From contig JARRRD010000027.1 in NCBI GenBank assembly GCA_037381085.1, positions 23,047 through 47,046 on the forward strand: a DNA stretch of 24,000 bases, given 5' to 3'. Below are positions 1 through 8,604 of the stretch, piece after piece. This DNA comes from Candidatus Sulfobium sp. (lineage in GTDB: Bacteria; Nitrospirota; Thermodesulfovibrionia; Thermodesulfovibrionales; UBA6898). The notes beneath the pieces were generated by a model. The model had not been told where the DNA came from, did not search any database, and saw only the letters and a list, made by a program, of their open reading frames with translations. Each line of letters opens with the position of its first letter. Position 1 is the first letter of the stretch. The translations under genes and the position numbers were made by a program.

Positions 1-438
<438 letters not shown>

Positions 439-463
439 TCCTGATCGTGCCGGGGCCTTCGTC

Positions 464-865
464 GTGTTCATCTTTTTAGACTGTTCAGAAATCTATTACA
501 GGGCGATCGGGAAAAAATCCGTACCGGACAAACGTCTCGGCAAATTTGTACAGATCAGGAACAATGACACGGAGTATCTCGTTCTCTCTCCCAAGGGACA
601 GTCCGTTTATCACGCCAATATTGTGGAGCGCTTTTTCACCAAACGTAAGATCGGGGGAGATTATAACAGGAAGGGCGATTATTACGAAATAAGCGAAGAC
701 GGATGGGAGGTCACGGGCGGCGGTATATGGGCGATAAACGAAAGTGACAGGCTTCTGCATCTCTCGGGCAGTTCCCAGGCATACGGTCGATATGACCGGA
801 GGGGATTGAGGGAAAGGATTGAAGCGCTCCAACAGATGGCCGGCTTTCGCATCGTCATCGATTAG
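464..865 (+). CDS. Hypothetical protein, 133 aa, function unknown
   Basis: Clean 402-nt ORF with a GTG start 25 nt after the hemB stop. Composition is not low-complexity. I recognise no family motif and there is only a weak Shine-Dalgarno (GGGG) upstream. Confidence 0.45.
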   Translation: MFIFLDCSEIYYRAIGKKSVPDKRLGKFVQIRNNDTEYLVLSPKGQSVYHANIVERFFTKRKIGGDYNRKGDYYEISEDGWEVTGGGIWAINESDRLLHLSGSSQAYGRYDRRGLRERIEALQQMAGFRIVID

Positions 866-1217
866 ACCGGTAAGCCCTGCGGGATCTAAAGCCCGGACGC
901 TCTTCGGCAAAGATTGTAAATGGGCCTTTTTTTGAGCACATTTTCTTTCCGTGCAACGCAATCCTTTTTATTCATTAAACTTCGGAACCAAGACTGCCTC
1001 ACAAAGCGGAAAAAGAGACCCGGGCGCCTTCTCCGCCAGAGGCGGATGAATCTTGCCGGTAGCCCTGCAGTGTGTGAGAAACTTACCGGCATTAGGTGAA
1101 TCAAGATTAACATTTTTAGAATTTACGGACTTCCTCGGCATATTCTCCTTCTCCTTTATGCAGCGTCCGGGTAAAGTTTGGTGTAAGGGGTTGCAATGTC
1201 TGACCGTGACTTTTCAC

Positions 1218-1252
1218 TTGACTGGGCGGTGCCGAAATGCTAGAAATATAAT
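1218..1252 (+). promoter_or_regulatory. Candidate sigma70 promoter for the 1397 gene
   Basis: TTGACT (1218-1223), 17-nt spacer ending in TGC (extended -10-like), then TAGAAA (1241-1246), immediately followed by TATAAT (1247-1252). This would give a leader of about 140 nt before the ATG at 1397. Confidence 0.35.
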
Positions 1253-1396
1253 CAGGAAAAAGATTTCGCTGTTGCGTCTTCTCCTGATTCCCGGGAACAG
1301 GTCAAAACTGAGGGGGTGATCAAGGTGGATTAATTGGTCTCAAACGTATTCTTTCGAGGGTTTGAACTTGGAACACATGCAAAAAAGGGGGAAATC

Positions 1397-1930
1397 ATGA
1401 AAAAAGCAAAGGTCTTTCTTGCCTGCCTCGGCGTTATCGCCACTATTCTCTTTGTGGGAACCGCACCTGCCTATTCTTCGGGATATCCGGTATTAGGTCT
1501 ATATACGCCGAGCAGCCCCGGCGATGTTTCTGTCGTCGTGGTCGGCAAATTCGACTCCTCCGACTTCAGCCTCAGTGATGTCGGCTCTTATGCACAGTCG
1601 TTGCAAGGCGTTCTCGGAACGTTAGGAAGTTCCTTGCCCGGCATTGTTTTCATGGGACCCAACGAACTGGCTCAGTACGGATTTGCGGATGCCGACAACC
1701 TGAAGAACTATATAAAGAGCATCTATCAGGGGGTCGTCGACATATATGTTTTTCTTGACGTCACGAAGGTTAACTCCCCGTACTCCGCCCAGTACGGACA
1801 AAACGTCAGGATAGACGCCTGGGTAGCCGACCTGGCCGCACTGGTAGGTAGTACGGACGATTATCTCTATGCGGCTTCGATAGAGGTCCCGGAGATTTAT
1901 CTGTCACTGTTGTCGCAGCTTTCGTTTTAA
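1397..1930 (+). CDS. Secreted hypothetical protein (177 aa) with N-terminal signal peptide
   Basis: I prefer the internal ATG at 1397 over the track start at 1334. It is preceded by AAGGGGGAAATC (Shine-Dalgarno). It opens MKKAKVFLACLGVIATILFVGTAPAYS, a classic n-h-c signal peptide. I recognise no family. Confidence 0.65.
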   Translation: MKKAKVFLACLGVIATILFVGTAPAYSSGYPVLGLYTPSSPGDVSVVVVGKFDSSDFSLSDVGSYAQSLQGVLGTLGSSLPGIVFMGPNELAQYGFADADNLKNYIKSIYQGVVDIYVFLDVTKVNSPYSAQYGQNVRIDAWVADLAALVGSTDDYLYAASIEVPEIYLSLLSQLSF

Positions 1931-1958
1931 TGGATTGAAGAATTAATCACCATGCGAT

Positions 1959-2001
1959 CAAAGGGAAGGCGGCTGCTGTGACGGCGGTCGCCTTCCCTTT
2001 G
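1959..2001 (+). terminator. Hairpin downstream of the 1397-1930 gene (possible terminator, no U-tract)
   Basis: Perfect 13-bp inverted repeat: caaagggaaggcg (1959-1971) and cgccttccctttg (1989-2001), with a 17-nt loop. It lies 29 nt after the stop. The absent T-run lowers confidence that it is an intrinsic terminator. Confidence 0.4.
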
Positions 2002-2218
2002 CGATATTGATCATGAAGAAAGATCAGTCCCCTGGAAGATGGATCTTGCAAAAAATGCCGCGGACTTTAGAAAAGAGCGATTCATACCGAAGGCGAGGAG
2101 ACAGGGAAACGAAATTATGTTAAGAAAAAGACGCTGCCTTACTCTGCGGCTCTTTGGCTCCATGGCTAAACTGTTTCCCGATCCCGGTCATGCCTGCTCA
2201 GGGTTGTCATAAGGCACC

Positions 2219-3748
2219 ATGAAGCGAACCGCTCTGATCCTTTTTCTCATACCCGCATCTCTCCTTATCTGCGCGAGTAACGCCCATGCCCTTTATTCCG
2301 AACTGCATTCGCTGATTGCCTACGAGTCGTCACTTGTCCAGACCGTGCCTTCCGAAGTGCATGTTTATTCCGGAGACTATCCGGAATGCATTGATTCAGC
2401 CAGGAACAACGTATGCAAAGGCGCTTACGACGAAGACGCCGATCGAGACCCGCGGCTTTCTGGCGGCGGACTCACCACATGGTGGGGTCTACTGAACTGG
2501 GGCACTCATTTCTGGCAGCCCGATGCCGGTCCGGACGGCGGACTGCTCACTACCGTGGATAATATCCCCGTCAATCTCGAGTCCCAAAACGCCTATGAGC
2601 GGGCACAGTCTCTCTATCAGTCCGCCGTCGAGACTTACGACGCAGACCCTTCCGGAGCCTATTACCTTCTCGGCAGGGTAGCACACCTGCTGGCCGATAT
2701 GGCCACACCCGCCCACGTACACCTTGACCCCCATATTTCCGATACGGACCGCACCGGGGACGACTCCTTTGAGGAATACACAGCCTGGCAATACATACTG
2801 GGCATTCCCCCGGAACAACAAACCGCAAACTTTGAAGTCGTCTTTCCGCACAACACTCTTGTTCCGGTTCAGTATGAAGACCTCTCCGACGGAGGTTATC
2901 CCGAAGAGCCTCTCCTTTACAGGCTGTTCTACTCCATGGCCGAAATGTCAAGCAATTACGACAGCGACGACGCCGACGGTAAGATCGACCGCGGCATGAG
3001 ACGGGGAATGAGCGTCAAGATGACCCACGACAACCTTGAAGCCGTCTACGCAATCGGTGAAGATTTCAGCGTCAGACGGATCTCTGAGGGTTACCGGCTG
3101 TCGCCGGAAAGGAGCAAGTTCATTCTCCTTAATTCCACAGTGAAGAACATCGAGACCGAGCTGCCGTCTTTCTATGCCGTAGGATTGGTATTTGCGGACG
3201 GTCTGGAACTGCACTTACTGTCTGAATTCTACAAGACCGATATCGGCGACGAAGACCTTTCCCCGTTTGCCGACACATTGCTTGCCGCCGCTGTCGAACA
3301 CACTGCGGCGCTCTACCGGATGTTCTGGACAGAGACCCATCCCTCCCTCGGCGAGAGACTGCCGGACATCGTCCTTAACCGTGGCAATCATATCCTGGCG
3401 GTCGCCAGACCGGCCCCGCTTGATGTCCCGCTGGACATAATACCAAAAGACTGGGAAGGAGTTAAGGTAGAAGTTTATGCCTGGATGGAGCTCAATTCAG
3501 ACGGCAGTCGGGCAATGGCTTATTATGACGGGACATGGCAGCCCTTTGACAACCTTGACGGGATGAGGCCGCTTGCCTCCTCATACGGCCTCCCCGCAAT
3601 AAATGGCGGAATCTGGCGTATTCTGGACAGCACCTCTTCCATCACCGACATGCGTCTAAGACTCAACGTCTGCATGGACAGACAGAACGACGGTCGCCTG
3701 ACCCCCTCAGAATCGGTCTGTGACGGCATCATCGTATCGTTAAAATAG
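2219..3748 (+). CDS. Secreted zinc-dependent phospholipase C / P1-nuclease-fold-like protein (509 aa)
   Basis: Signal peptide MKRTALILFLIPASLLICASNAHA. WGTHFWQPD and GRVAHLLADMATPAHVH...DDSFEEY resemble the HF(Y/W).P and H..(Q/A)D...P.H metal-ligand motifs of the Zn-dependent PLC family (PF00882) as I recall them. I do not recognise the C-terminal ~130 aa. Confidence 0.6.
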   Translation: MKRTALILFLIPASLLICASNAHALYSELHSLIAYESSLVQTVPSEVHVYSGDYPECIDSARNNVCKGAYDEDADRDPRLSGGGLTTWWGLLNWGTHFWQPDAGPDGGLLTTVDNIPVNLESQNAYERAQSLYQSAVETYDADPSGAYYLLGRVAHLLADMATPAHVHLDPHISDTDRTGDDSFEEYTAWQYILGIPPEQQTANFEVVFPHNTLVPVQYEDLSDGGYPEEPLLYRLFYSMAEMSSNYDSDDADGKIDRGMRRGMSVKMTHDNLEAVYAIGEDFSVRRISEGYRLSPERSKFILLNSTVKNIETELPSFYAVGLVFADGLELHLLSEFYKTDIGDEDLSPFADTLLAAAVEHTAALYRMFWTETHPSLGERLPDIVLNRGNHILAVARPAPLDVPLDIIPKDWEGVKVEVYAWMELNSDGSRAMAYYDGTWQPFDNLDGMRPLASSYGLPAINGGIWRILDSTSSITDMRLRLNVCMDRQNDGRLTPSESVCDGIIVSLK

Positions 3749-3790
3749 GCTTGGCTTACGGCTGCACTCCTTCCTTCTCCTTTATTATGA

Positions 3791-5095
3791 TCATCCGGCT
3801 GCAAGGTTATACTCCTTCACATCCAGCTTCATCTTTTTCAGTTCCGCCCGGTCGTAACCCGAAAAAAGATAGGAGAAAACGGTGTTGTTCGTCAGGAGGG
3901 GATCGATGGAATCCGTGATGACACCCCGTGAGATAAGTTCGTCCCAGCATTGTGTCCCCGGTATGGGCGAGAATTCGGTCAAATATATTCTTACACCGAG
4001 GGACTTCAGGAAGGAAACTCCGGCCCGCACCTCTTCCATCCCCTGCCCGGGCAGGCCGTACATCAAATAGATCCCTACCTCATCCTTCGTAAAACCGGAC
4101 TTTTTCAGCAGGACTACGGCCCGCTCGAGCTCATCCGAAGTCACCTTTCCGCCCGTCATGAACTGCCTCTTGCCGCCCACCGTCTCGAGACCCAGTCTCA
4201 CCGTCCTGAAGCCCGAACGTTTCATGAGATAAGCAAGCTCGTCATCGATAAAACGTGCGTGCAACCCGTTGGGACAATGGAAACGGACGCCAAGGCCCCG
4301 CCTTATCACCTCCTTCAATATGACCTTGATATGCTCATCGGCCCGCAGGAGAAGGGCGTCATCATAAAAAGCAAAGTCCCTGACACCCATGTGCTGAAGT
4401 TCGATTATCCCGTTCAGAACGTCACCGGAGGATCTCCGGTCCAGGCCGCCCCCGAGCAAACCGGAAGCGCAATAAGCACAATTGTAGGGACACCCCGTTC
4501 CTGTCAGGACAGGAGCGAAAGGGTAATGTCCGTGAAGGCCGAGGATGTAATACGGTTTTTCTTCCCGCTTCCTTCTTATTCTGAACCCGAATGTCTGAAG
4601 GAAGAACATCAGTTCCTCGCCGACAGCGCCTTTATACACGCCGTCTGCGCCCGACGTCTCAATGGCATGTCCGCTCCAGAGCGTGGCATATATGCCGCCC
4701 AGTACCACCGGAATGCCGCCATAGGTTTCCCGCACGAGTTCGACAACCTTTTGAACTCCGGGGTACCAATATGACATGATCGATGTCACAAGCACAAGAT
4801 CAGGCCGGCCATGCGCCAGGATCGCCTTTCTGAAAGCCTTCACGCTTATGCCGTATCTTCCGAAATGCCTAGGCACCGCCCCGAGGCATCGGGGCTTTTC
4901 TACGACCTCCTTCGGATATCTTCCGCAGCCGTATTTTCTTGTTATGCCGGCCTCCATGCAGTCGATAAGTGAGAGCTCCACATCATAGCTACTCAGGAAT
5001 TCGGCCACCCTCAGGAGACCCAGAGGACTGGTCCACATATTGACGGCGGCAAAGTCGTATATCCACGGGTTTATCAGAAGTACTTTCAGTTTCAA
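3791..5095 (-). CDS. B12-binding-domain radical SAM protein (434 aa)
   Basis: The N-terminal region (KVLLINP..., DLVLVTS..YWYPG, PVVLGG) looks like a Rossmann-type cobalamin-binding domain. It is followed by the radical SAM cluster motif GCPYNCAYC (CxxxCxxC). TTG start at 5095 with GAGG upstream. Confidence 0.85.
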   Translation of the reverse strand: MKLKVLLINPWIYDFAAVNMWTSPLGLLRVAEFLSSYDVELSLIDCMEAGITRKYGCGRYPKEVVEKPRCLGAVPRHFGRYGISVKAFRKAILAHGRPDLVLVTSIMSYWYPGVQKVVELVRETYGGIPVVLGGIYATLWSGHAIETSGADGVYKGAVGEELMFFLQTFGFRIRRKREEKPYYILGLHGHYPFAPVLTGTGCPYNCAYCASGLLGGGLDRRSSGDVLNGIIELQHMGVRDFAFYDDALLLRADEHIKVILKEVIRRGLGVRFHCPNGLHARFIDDELAYLMKRSGFRTVRLGLETVGGKRQFMTGGKVTSDELERAVVLLKKSGFTKDEVGIYLMYGLPGQGMEEVRAGVSFLKSLGVRIYLTEFSPIPGTQCWDELISRGVITDSIDPLLTNNTVFSYLFSGYDRAELKKMKLDVKEYNLAAG

Positions 5096-5261
5096 CGGCT
5101 TATTACCTCACAAGGTGCCTTTATCTCCATGTTGGCTGACGGAAAGCCCGTGCCCGCCATTATTACCCTCCTTTTCTTATATAATATATTAGCTTTCGTT
5201 TTCCGTTCCCGGGGCGGGAGCATTTCAAACTATAATTTTCTTTCATGTTAGGAGGACTTCT

Positions 5262-5726
5262 ATGAAGATCAGACCCTTACACGACTGGGTAGTTCTGAAG
5301 GCCGGGGAAAAAGAGGAAAAATCCCCAGGGGGAATCATCATTCCGGACGTCGCAAAGGAAAAACCCCAGTGGGGTGTCGTCATATCCGCAGGTCCCGGCG
5401 CCTACGAGAAGGAAAGAGGGAAGAAAAAGGAAGAGGAGAAGAGGTTCGTTCCTGTCGAAGTGAAGGCGGGCGACAAGGTACTCTACGAGAAATACATGGC
5501 GAGGGAGTTCGAACTGGACGGACATAAGATAACGATGGTCCGGGAAGCCTACGTGCTCGGTGTGTTCGGCGCTCGCGATGAAGACAGGACGGCCCTGCAG
5601 AAAAAAGGGACTACCGCCGTGGAAAAGCAGAAGAAGGGAACGACCGCACTGGAAAAACCCGCAAAAAAATCGACGGCACTGGAAAAAACCAGGAAATCTG
5701 TTTCGAAAAAGAAGACGAAGAAATAG
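5262..5726 (+). CDS. groES: GroES/Cpn10-like co-chaperonin with an enlarged internal loop and a 55-aa Lys-rich repeat tail
   Basis: MKIRPLHDWVVLK..EEKSPGGIIIPDVAKEKPQWGVVISAGPG...VKAGDKVLYEKY...ITMVREAYVLGV aligns by eye with canonical GroES (MKIRPLHDRVVVK..GGI.IPD.AKEKPQ.G.V.AVGPG). AGGAGG Shine-Dalgarno at 5250-5255 and TATAAT at 5231-5236. No groEL follows. Confidence 0.8.
   Translation: MKIRPLHDWVVLKAGEKEEKSPGGIIIPDVAKEKPQWGVVISAGPGAYEKERGKKKEEEKRFVPVEVKAGDKVLYEKYMAREFELDGHKITMVREAYVLGVFGARDEDRTALQKKGTTAVEKQKKGTTALEKPAKKSTALEKTRKSVSKKKTKK
5601..5690 (+). repeat. In-frame 3 x 30-nt tandem repeat encoding KKGTTAVEKQ / KKGTTALEKP / AKKSTALEKT
   Basis: Units are 5601-5630, 5631-5660 and 5661-5690. 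They are visibly similar at both the nucleotide and peptide level and lie inside the 3' end of the GroES-like CDS. Confidence 0.8.
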
Positions 5727-5787
5727 GCTTCCCCGTGAGCAGCCTGTCAGACCTTGTTCCGGGGCCGGGGCATCAAAGGAGAGATAA

Positions 5788-6867
5788 GTGGATGCTTTTT
5801 TTCGTGATCTGACCCCCTGGGTCTATTCCGCGGCTGTCCTTGCAGCGGCCGTTATTGCAGGGCTTATCCTGTACGCCATTTTCTTCAGGTTAATGTCCCG
5901 CCTGGCCCGTCGGACCTCGGGCGTACTGGACGATTCCATGGTAAAGCACTGCAGGAGGCCCGCTAGAATAGCAGTGCCGCTCCTGGCGCTCTACATCGCT
6001 CTGCAGTTTGTCACGATTTCCGGGGAATTCGATAAACCGATCGGAAAAATCGTCGGCGTACTTCTCGTATTCGCTTTCGCCTGGCTTCTCATAAGACTTA
6101 CTTCCGTTCTCGAGGACTTTGTCCTGAGCAGATACGACATCACGGGCAAGGACAATCTCAGGGCGAGAAAGGTCTACACCCAGTTCCGTATTATCAAGAA
6201 GATAATAATCGTTGCGATAGTGGTGATAGCCGTTTCCGCAATTCTCATGAGCTTTGAGAAGTTCCGCCAGCTGGGAACGGGAATACTGGCATCGGCCGGA
6301 CTCGCCGGGATAATCGTGGGACTGGCGGCCAGGCCCGCACTTTCGAATCTGTTAGCCGGGATACAGATCGCCCTTACCGAACCCATCAGTCTGGATGATG
6401 TCGTGATAGTCGAGAATGAGTGGGGGCGGATAGAAGAAATAACGCTGACGTATGTAGTAGTGCGGATTTGGGACCTCCGCCGGCTGATAGTGCCTATAAG
6501 TTATTTCCTGGAGAAGCCCTTTCAGAACTGGACAAGGAAGACCGCCGATCTGATAGGATCGGTGTACCTCTACATGGACTACACGGTCCCTGTGGATGAA
6601 GTAAGGGAAGAACTTGAGCGCATCCTCAAGAACTCGACATACTGGAAGGGGAATGTATCGGCGCTCCAGGTTGTCGACGCGACGGAAAAGACGATGCAAC
6701 TCAGGGCCATTATGGACGCAGCGAATTCCTCGGACGCCTGGAGCCTGCGCTGCGAAGTGAGGGAGAAACTCATTGAATTCGTGAGGCGTAACTATCCCGA
6801 GGCGCTTCCCGTAATGAGGGCCGATGTCCGGCAGAGGAGAGAAAGCACAGAGAGTCCGGAGACCTAA
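5788..6867 (+). CDS. Mechanosensitive ion channel, MscS family (359 aa)
   Basis: N-terminal TM helices are followed by LSNLLAGIQIALTEPISLDDVVIVENEWGRIEEITLTYVVVRIWDLRRLIVPISYF, the pore helix plus beta-domain signature of MscS-like channels. GTG start with AAGGAGAG 5 nt upstream. Confidence 0.9.
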   Translation: MDAFFRDLTPWVYSAAVLAAAVIAGLILYAIFFRLMSRLARRTSGVLDDSMVKHCRRPARIAVPLLALYIALQFVTISGEFDKPIGKIVGVLLVFAFAWLLIRLTSVLEDFVLSRYDITGKDNLRARKVYTQFRIIKKIIIVAIVVIAVSAILMSFEKFRQLGTGILASAGLAGIIVGLAARPALSNLLAGIQIALTEPISLDDVVIVENEWGRIEEITLTYVVVRIWDLRRLIVPISYFLEKPFQNWTRKTADLIGSVYLYMDYTVPVDEVREELERILKNSTYWKGNVSALQVVDATEKTMQLRAIMDAANSSDAWSLRCEVREKLIEFVRRNYPEALPVMRADVRQRRESTESPET

Positions 6868-6937
6868 AGACAATTGATCAATACAAGACTTTCTCCGTGT
6901 CTCAGTGTCTCCATAGTGAACCGTAACGTTGCAAAAC

Positions 6938-7104
6938 AGCACGGAAGGGCCGCCGAAAAAGTCTTGTAATGACGACATGATTCTATTTATCTTTCACATA
7001 AATGCAGACCTTACGCTTTGTGACTTTCAGAAAAAGGCTGGCTGGCCCCGCTGCAGGACCGTAAGGTGTCGCTACAAGACATTTTTCGGCGTCCCTTCCG
7101 TGCT
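6938..7104. repeat. 167-bp element bounded by ~29-bp inverted repeats, with internal GACCGTAAGGT repeats
   Basis: Left arm is agcacggaagggccgccgaaaaagtcttg (6938-6966). Right arm is caagacatttttcggcgtcccttccgtgct (7075-7104). They are reverse complements apart from one bulge and one mismatch. GACCGTAAGGT occurs exactly at 7057-7067 and 7123-7133, with a 9/11 copy at 6920-6930 and an inverted core ACCTTACG at 7008-7015. Confidence 0.6.
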
Positions 7105-7214
7105 TCCCAGGTATTCTTTTGCGACCGTAAGGTAAATTTTATTTGCATTCTATACACAGAATCTATCTTCCAAAAAACCAGGGACAAGCTGTTTCCTCCA
7201 AAACATAATATAAT

Positions 7215-8078
7215 GTGATTATGAGAGTCCAGGTAAAGTTCCTGATCGTCCTTCTGGGCGCCTTTGCACTCTTCGAGATGAGAGCGATGAAGAATTCAAC
7301 GCCGGAGCACGTATACAGGCTCGGCGACGGGAAGGTGATCAGTTTTGAAAGAATGGTCGGAGACCTGAAAAAGGCGCGTATTGTATTCGTGGGTGAATTC
7401 CACGATGATGACCTGCACCACAAGTGGGAGTTGGAAGTTATTAAGGCCCTTTACACCGGGGGGATACCTGTCACGGTCGGTTTCGAGATGTTTCAGGCGA
7501 GGAGCCAGAAAGACCTTGATCAGTGGGTGGACGGGAAATTGCCTCCAGGGCAATTCATTCAGGTCTATGACAGGAACTGGGATATGCCATGGCCGCTTTA
7601 CAGAGACATCTTTTTCTACCTGAGGGACCACAGGATTCCCGCCATTGCACTTAATCTGCCCTGGAGCATCTCCACGAAGGTGGCCACCCTCGGCTTCTCT
7701 TCCCTCACGGACAAGGAACTGGCCGAGCTCCCGCCGGGTATCACCTGTTCGGTGGACCAGAAATACATGGACTTCATACGCCGGGCCTATGCCGCGCACG
7801 GAATACCCGAGAAGGATTTTGACCATTTCTGTGAAGCACAGATACTCTGGGACAAGACCATGGCATGGCACACCGTCAAATATCTCGAAAAGCATCCAGA
7901 CAGGACGGTCATCGTTCTTTCCGGGACGGGGCATGCATGGAAAAGCGGCATCCCGCAGCAGGTAAAGGATCTGTCGGAGGGCATCCCTTACCGGGTGATC
8001 CTTCCCGATGTCCCGGGCAGTATCGATCCCGAACATATCACGAAATCGGACGCGGATTATATTCTCATGAAGAATTGA
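7215..8078 (+). CDS. ChaN-like haem/cofactor-binding protein (Tiki/ChaN superfamily, PF04187-like), exported
   Basis: N-terminal hydrophobic signal segment. IVFVGEFHDD..HH, VGFEMF, RIPAIALNLP, AQILWDKTMAW and VIVLSGTGHA match the ChaN family pattern (GE.H....H / lEmf / aQ..rD..MA / G.gH) as I recall it. The start may be GTG 7215 or ATG 7221. Confidence 0.75.
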   Translation: MIMRVQVKFLIVLLGAFALFEMRAMKNSTPEHVYRLGDGKVISFERMVGDLKKARIVFVGEFHDDDLHHKWELEVIKALYTGGIPVTVGFEMFQARSQKDLDQWVDGKLPPGQFIQVYDRNWDMPWPLYRDIFFYLRDHRIPAIALNLPWSISTKVATLGFSSLTDKELAELPPGITCSVDQKYMDFIRRAYAAHGIPEKDFDHFCEAQILWDKTMAWHTVKYLEKHPDRTVIVLSGTGHAWKSGIPQQVKDLSEGIPYRVILPDVPGSIDPEHITKSDADYILMKN

Positions 8079-8106
8079 TCCTGACGCTGCAAAGACCGGA
8101 GGAGAC

Positions 8107-8574
8107 ATGACTGGTACTGTTTTGATGAGACGTTTTTCTTTACCGACAGTGCTTTTCTTAATATCAATATTGGTGGCGTGCTCTTCGACTGTAAATCCCG
8201 TCAATGTCACCTCTGATGGGGTGGCGATTAAGGGATACGATCCCGTCGCTTATTTCATTGATGGCAGGCCGGTGAGGGGAAAAGAGGAGTTCCAATATGA
8301 ATGGAAAGGCGCAAAATGGCGGTTTGCGAGCGCAGAGCACCGTGACCTCTTCAAGGCCGGCCCCGACAAGTACGCTCCTCAATACGGAGGGTATTGCGCC
8401 TATGCCGTAAGCCAGGGGAAAACGGCGGATATAGACCCGGATGCATGGAACATCGCTAACGGCAGGCTCTATCTGAATCTGAGCAGGGACGTTCAAAAGA
8501 TTTGGAGCAGGGACATTCCCGGCTATATCAGGAAGGCAGATCTGAACTGGCCGCGTATTCTTGGCCGCAAATAG
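8107..8574 (+). CDS. YHS-domain lipoprotein (155 aa)
   Basis: GGAGGAG Shine-Dalgarno before ATG 8107 and a lipobox LVAC|SS. GYDPVAYF..G.PV.G...F.YEW.GAKWRFAS.EHRDLF...PDKYAPQYGGYCAYAV is the YHS-domain pattern. This copy has Cys where some family members carry selenocysteine. Confidence 0.8.
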   Translation: MTGTVLMRRFSLPTVLFLISILVACSSTVNPVNVTSDGVAIKGYDPVAYFIDGRPVRGKEEFQYEWKGAKWRFASAEHRDLFKAGPDKYAPQYGGYCAYAVSQGKTADIDPDAWNIANGRLYLNLSRDVQKIWSRDIPGYIRKADLNWPRILGRK

Positions 8575-8604
8575 ACCTTGCCTGTTGCTTATAGCCTGTT
8601 GCTT

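Noticed and set aside
886-1319. ORFs 886-1113 (minus) and 1053-1319 (plus) in the long intergenic region, and ORF 11185-11415 (minus) upstream of the kinase
   Set aside because: They are short with no Shine-Dalgarno. Their translations are Arg/Leu/Phe-rich and lack motifs. They overlap one another or promoter-like sequence.
2117-2212. 31-codon upstream ORF (MLRKRRCLTLRLFGSMAKLFPDPGHACSGLS) ending 6 nt before the PLC-like gene
   Set aside because: It is tempting as a leader peptide. However, it has no convincing Shine-Dalgarno at proper spacing, no attenuator structure I could find, and nothing to indicate conservation. Too weak to report.
3950-4774. 274-aa plus-strand ORF
   Set aside because: It is antisense to the radical SAM gene, which carries the CxxxCxxC motif. 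Shadow ORF.
5096-5261. CIRCE element or sigma32 heat-shock promoter upstream of the GroES-like gene
   Set aside because: There is no TTAGCACTC-N9-GAGTGCTAA-like inverted repeat and no CTTGAA/CCCCAT pair. I see only AT-rich TATAAT-like hexamers (5180-5185, 5231-5236) without good -35 partners.
6929-7135. 68-aa plus-strand ORF spanning the inverted-repeat element
   Set aside because: Its frame coincides with the two arms of a 29-bp inverted repeat. The structure, not coding, is the more economical explanation. It also has no Shine-Dalgarno.
7296-8210. 304-aa minus-strand ORF
   Set aside because: It is antisense to the ChaN-like gene and the start of the YHS gene. It has no motifs and an Arg/Pro/Gly-biased composition.
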